DNA of 64,000 nucleotides from Albugo candida (Eukaryota): NCBI GenBank assembly GCA_040437565.1, contig JBDOQK010000012.1, positions 62,001 to 126,000 of the forward strand, read 5' to 3'. Shown piece by piece: positions 60,567 to 64,000 of this stretch (position 1 is its first letter; each line of letters starts with the position of its first letter). The notes under the pieces were generated by a model. It saw only the letters and a program-made list of their open reading frames with translations, ran no database searches and was not told where the DNA came from. The position numbers and the translations under genes were made by a program.

Positions 60567-62539
60567 TCATCTTCCGCCACAAAGTGGGCAGATATACGTC
60601 TCATTTGTACTGGCTAGTGTCGCCAGCTTCGCACTAAGAAATCACATATAAGGAATAAGGGATGAATAATCAAAGAACAGCGTATGACTTACGGTGTTAG
60701 ATCGATGTCGCATGCGCTGTGAACCCACATTTCACAAGAGTCACAACATACAAAAGAAGCGGCGTCATCGTCCTCATAGACCTGATTGCACACAGGACAG
60801 TATTGTCCAATGGACCGCAACTCATTTTCTCGACTTGGTTCAATGGACGGACGTTCGTTTTTGACCGTAGTGGAGCTGCGATTTGCTCGTTTGTTTTTGG
60901 GCGTTCCAAGTGATGACGTCAAATTTTCAGCACTTTCAATACATGCAGAAGATTGTGTCCTCTTTGGACGAGAGAGCGGGGATGCACACGTTTGCGCCTC
61001 CAAAAGTGTGGCTGAAGATCCTTTCGATCGATTGCTTGATGGTCGTAAACCAAGACCCGATCGATGCTTTTGTTCAAAGTCCAAATCGCCATTTCGTAGC
61101 GAGGTTGTCGGTATTAGTAGAGGTGAGATGGATTTATTTGAATAAACTTCTTCGTCTTCTGACTCACTGTAATATTTCCTCTTCCTTTTCGCCTTTTTTG
61201 ATTTCTTTTTTCTGTCAGCTTTACGCGTGCGCTGAGACTGATGAGCTGAGCATTGTGGGATCGATTGTGATAATGCCAGTATTTTTCCTTCCTGCTCATT
61301 GCGTATATCGGGAGCGTTCTTGCCAGCATCCCAATCTCCATTAGGCTCAACAGCATCCTCATGAACCTCGTTCATAGTATCTTGACCTCGTTGAGCTTTC
61401 CGCAAAAGCTGCTGCTGCAATTTTTGTTGGCGTTTCTCATTTCTTTGTTGCTTTGCAACCAGCTTTTTAACACGAAGCTCCTTGTCTCTTCTCTTACGGT
61501 AACGGTCCAAACGCTTCCGTTCCAGTAATTCACCACATTCCGTTCTCAGATAGCATTCGTTACACATTGTCACTGTGCTTGGTTCCGTTCCAGCTGCTGA
61601 GGGTGCGGAGGTACAACTACTTTCCTGTGTTTCTATATTCGACGTCATGTCTGAGCAATTCACTGATTTTACTTGATAATGCTCGGGCCCAGAGCGGGTC
61701 ACTGCACGCCATAACGCGGTTTTCTGAGTGTGACATCTGTAACACACTTTTGCACGGATTTGTTTAGCTTCTTCCATAGCCAAAGTCTCTAGTAGACTAA
61801 GTATGGAAGCAGTCGCGCTAGCATTTTTTCTCTTTCCACGTGCATTATTTCGTACGGCTTTCACAATAGGCTGGAACGAGAACTCTTTTGGCGGCCACAT
61901 TGGATCCGGCACACATTTCAATGTCCTTTTTTTATTTTCTGCGCGTGATTCAATTTGAAAAGCTGATGTTACTTTCGATAAAGGATCTAAATGCATTCTC
62001 TTGCGCTGACAATTTCGTGCCAATTCCTGTACACTGATTTCCGCTTTCTCCTTAGGTCGATACGTGAATCGATCTGGAGTAACGCCGTGCCAAATAGCAT
62101 TCCGCCGAGCAAAACACTGCCTCCGATAGAGTTCCATTTGCACATCCGTTTGTATCATCATTTCCGTGATGATGTCCTTTTGATTCGTGGCTTCATAAAA
62201 GCTGACGAATGCGTTTTTAAGCGCTTTTTCTGTTTGCTGCTTTTCAAAGCTCGTCCCCTTTTGACATAATTCTTTTTTTCTGTATGACAGAGAAACGCAA
62301 TCTGTGGTATTTACAGCGGGAAGCGTTAGTCCACATGCGATTCGATCGTTCTCGGTCAGAGGGAGCGGAAGGTGCAAAGGCCGAGTTTTGTTGGAAAGTT
62401 TCCCGACAACAGCCGCTGCCGGGGAAGCGTTAAACGGCTTTTGTGCTGTTTGCGAGTTATTTATTTCATTTGAATGTGAACCGGGTCGAAATGTTGAAGA
62501 CTCAAAAGTTTTTGTTGTGCTGTTAGCCAAATCGGCCAT
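60567..62539 (-). CDS. GATA-like zinc finger plus C-terminal PHD finger nuclear protein, 2 exons
   Basis: CYRCHTQKTALWR...MCNECY; CPVC...FVCCDSCEMWVHSACD; final exon YICPLCGGR* (stop at 60567). Lys-rich NLS-like tracts. Confidence 0.8.
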
Positions 62540-62857
62540 TTTTAACATTTACTTGTAGGTAAAAAGCCTCCTTCTTTCCTCTCTTTTCTTCNNNNNNNNN
62601 NNNNNNNNNNNNNNNNNNNNNNNNNNNNNNNNNNNNNNNNNNNNNNNNNNNNNNNNNNNNNNNNNNNNNNNNNNNNNNNNNNNNNNNNNNNCCTTCTTTC
62701 CTCTCTTTTCTTCCTTAACATGTACGTTAAGTGTTTCATAACGGTTCCTAAAGCCAAAGAAAGGGTGTTCGTACATATCAGTACTACTACGGTGCCTAAC
62801 GCTTTCATTGGTTCGTTGAAGAAAAGCTTGTTTTCAATCATTCTTGTCTCAAAAACA

Positions 62858-63533
62858 ATGGAGGAAGCAGCGACAACAGGGGGAATGCAGCCAGAGACCG
62901 CAGCTCTACAAGAGGATAGTAGAAAAGTGAACCTAGTCTCGATGGACGGAGACAGTTTTGAGGTCTCACAAAGTGTTGCCTGCATGAGCGAGCTTGTAAA
63001 AACTCTGATTGCAGGTGCTTTGCCCAAAGTAGAATGAAATTTATCTCTCAACACTCATTTTACTTTGATACTATGAACGATAGATGGGACTGATGATCAA
63101 GAGATACAAGAGATACCCCTTCCGAATGTCAAAAGCACTGTTTTATCAAGAGTTATCGAATTTTGCAGTCATCATTTGAGTAACCCGATGGAGGACATTG
63201 ATAAGGTTAGTTTCCTTTTATCACCAGGAAGCTCGATTGTATCACTCTTTTGTATACGTGTAGCCACTCAAGAGTTCTGATATGCACGAGGTTGTCTCGG
63301 ATTGGGACGCCAATTTTGTCGATGTGGAGCAGGAACTTTTGTTCGAATTGATTCTTGCAGCTAATTACATGGACATCAAGAGTCTCTTAGATTTGGCGTG
63401 TGCCAAGGTAGCTAGTATGATCAAGGGAAAAACTCCACAAGAAATCCGAGAGACATTTAATATTGTGAACGACTTCACACCTGAGGAAGAAAGCCAGATT
63501 CGAGAAGAAAACAAGTGGTGCGAGGAAGCTTGA
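62858..63533 (+). CDS. SKP1: S-phase kinase-associated protein 1 (SCF subunit), 3 exons
   Basis: [73 protein letters not shown]. Confidence 0.97.
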
Positions 63534-64000
63534 TGATTATTTTTGATTAGTAAATATTTCTGTCGGAAAGTAAAAAGCGTCAGGGCCTTGGCTGTTGAGA
63601 CTGAGCACATACAATAGTGAAAAAATCTGCTTCTTAAAAATTATACTGTGCGCCCAAAATTGACGTAGACGACCGGCAGAAGTGTTTGCGACTTGTATGC
63701 TTGGTTACGATTCAAGTGCCCCTCGAAAACTTGTATATGTCCAGCATTCATATCTCATTTTTCCTTTCCAAATATCTCATCTCCGCGAAAAAACGATCAA
63801 GCGGGAAGCCAATTACATTGTTCAAACATCCTTGAATACTGGCCACGAAGCAGCGCGCTCGTCCTACCTCCAGTTACGGTTACGTCAGATACTTACTTTC
63901 CTTACCGAATCACAAGAGGCAAACCTTGTATACCATAGGCGCCGGCTTTATCCATTGGCTCACCCGTGGCAGCGTACGCTATTCCAAGAAGATGCATTGT

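Overview
Eukaryotic DNA: gene-dense, roughly 43% GC by eye, with short (55-85 nt) GT-AG introns. The gene set and repeats fit an oomycete, most likely Albugo (a CCG-like CxxC secreted protein, a flagellar CFAP46 gene, a WLDD-type chromodomain Gypsy element); this taxonomy is inferred. Conserved genes: DENN-domain protein, condensin subunit H, ZIP7-like Zn transporter, Drosha-like RNase III protein, PHD protein, cyclic-nucleotide phosphodiesterase, a large GH43/EF-hand protein, CCT3, CFAP46, WDTC1-like WD40/TPR protein, Cu P1B-ATPase, bacterial-type long GAPDH, GATA/PHD protein and SKP1. Two repeat-rich islands (about 6-17 kb and 43.5-51.5 kb) hold a full-length defective Gypsy with LTRs and a TSD, Copia remnants, a TIR element, a kinesin pseudogene and two long fold-back hairpins. 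Most striking: (1) a pore-less S1-S4 voltage-sensor domain fused directly to an intact class I PDE, a candidate voltage-sensing phosphodiesterase; (2) a Drosha homologue whose catalytic acidic residues are substituted in both RNase III domains; (3) a hairpin with ~320-bp arms formed by inverted duplication of a kinesin pseudogene tail; (4) a GH43-like propeller split by an EF-hand insertion. Several 100-N gaps are flanked by false duplications (assembly artefacts). All family calls come from motif recognition by eye; no searches were run.
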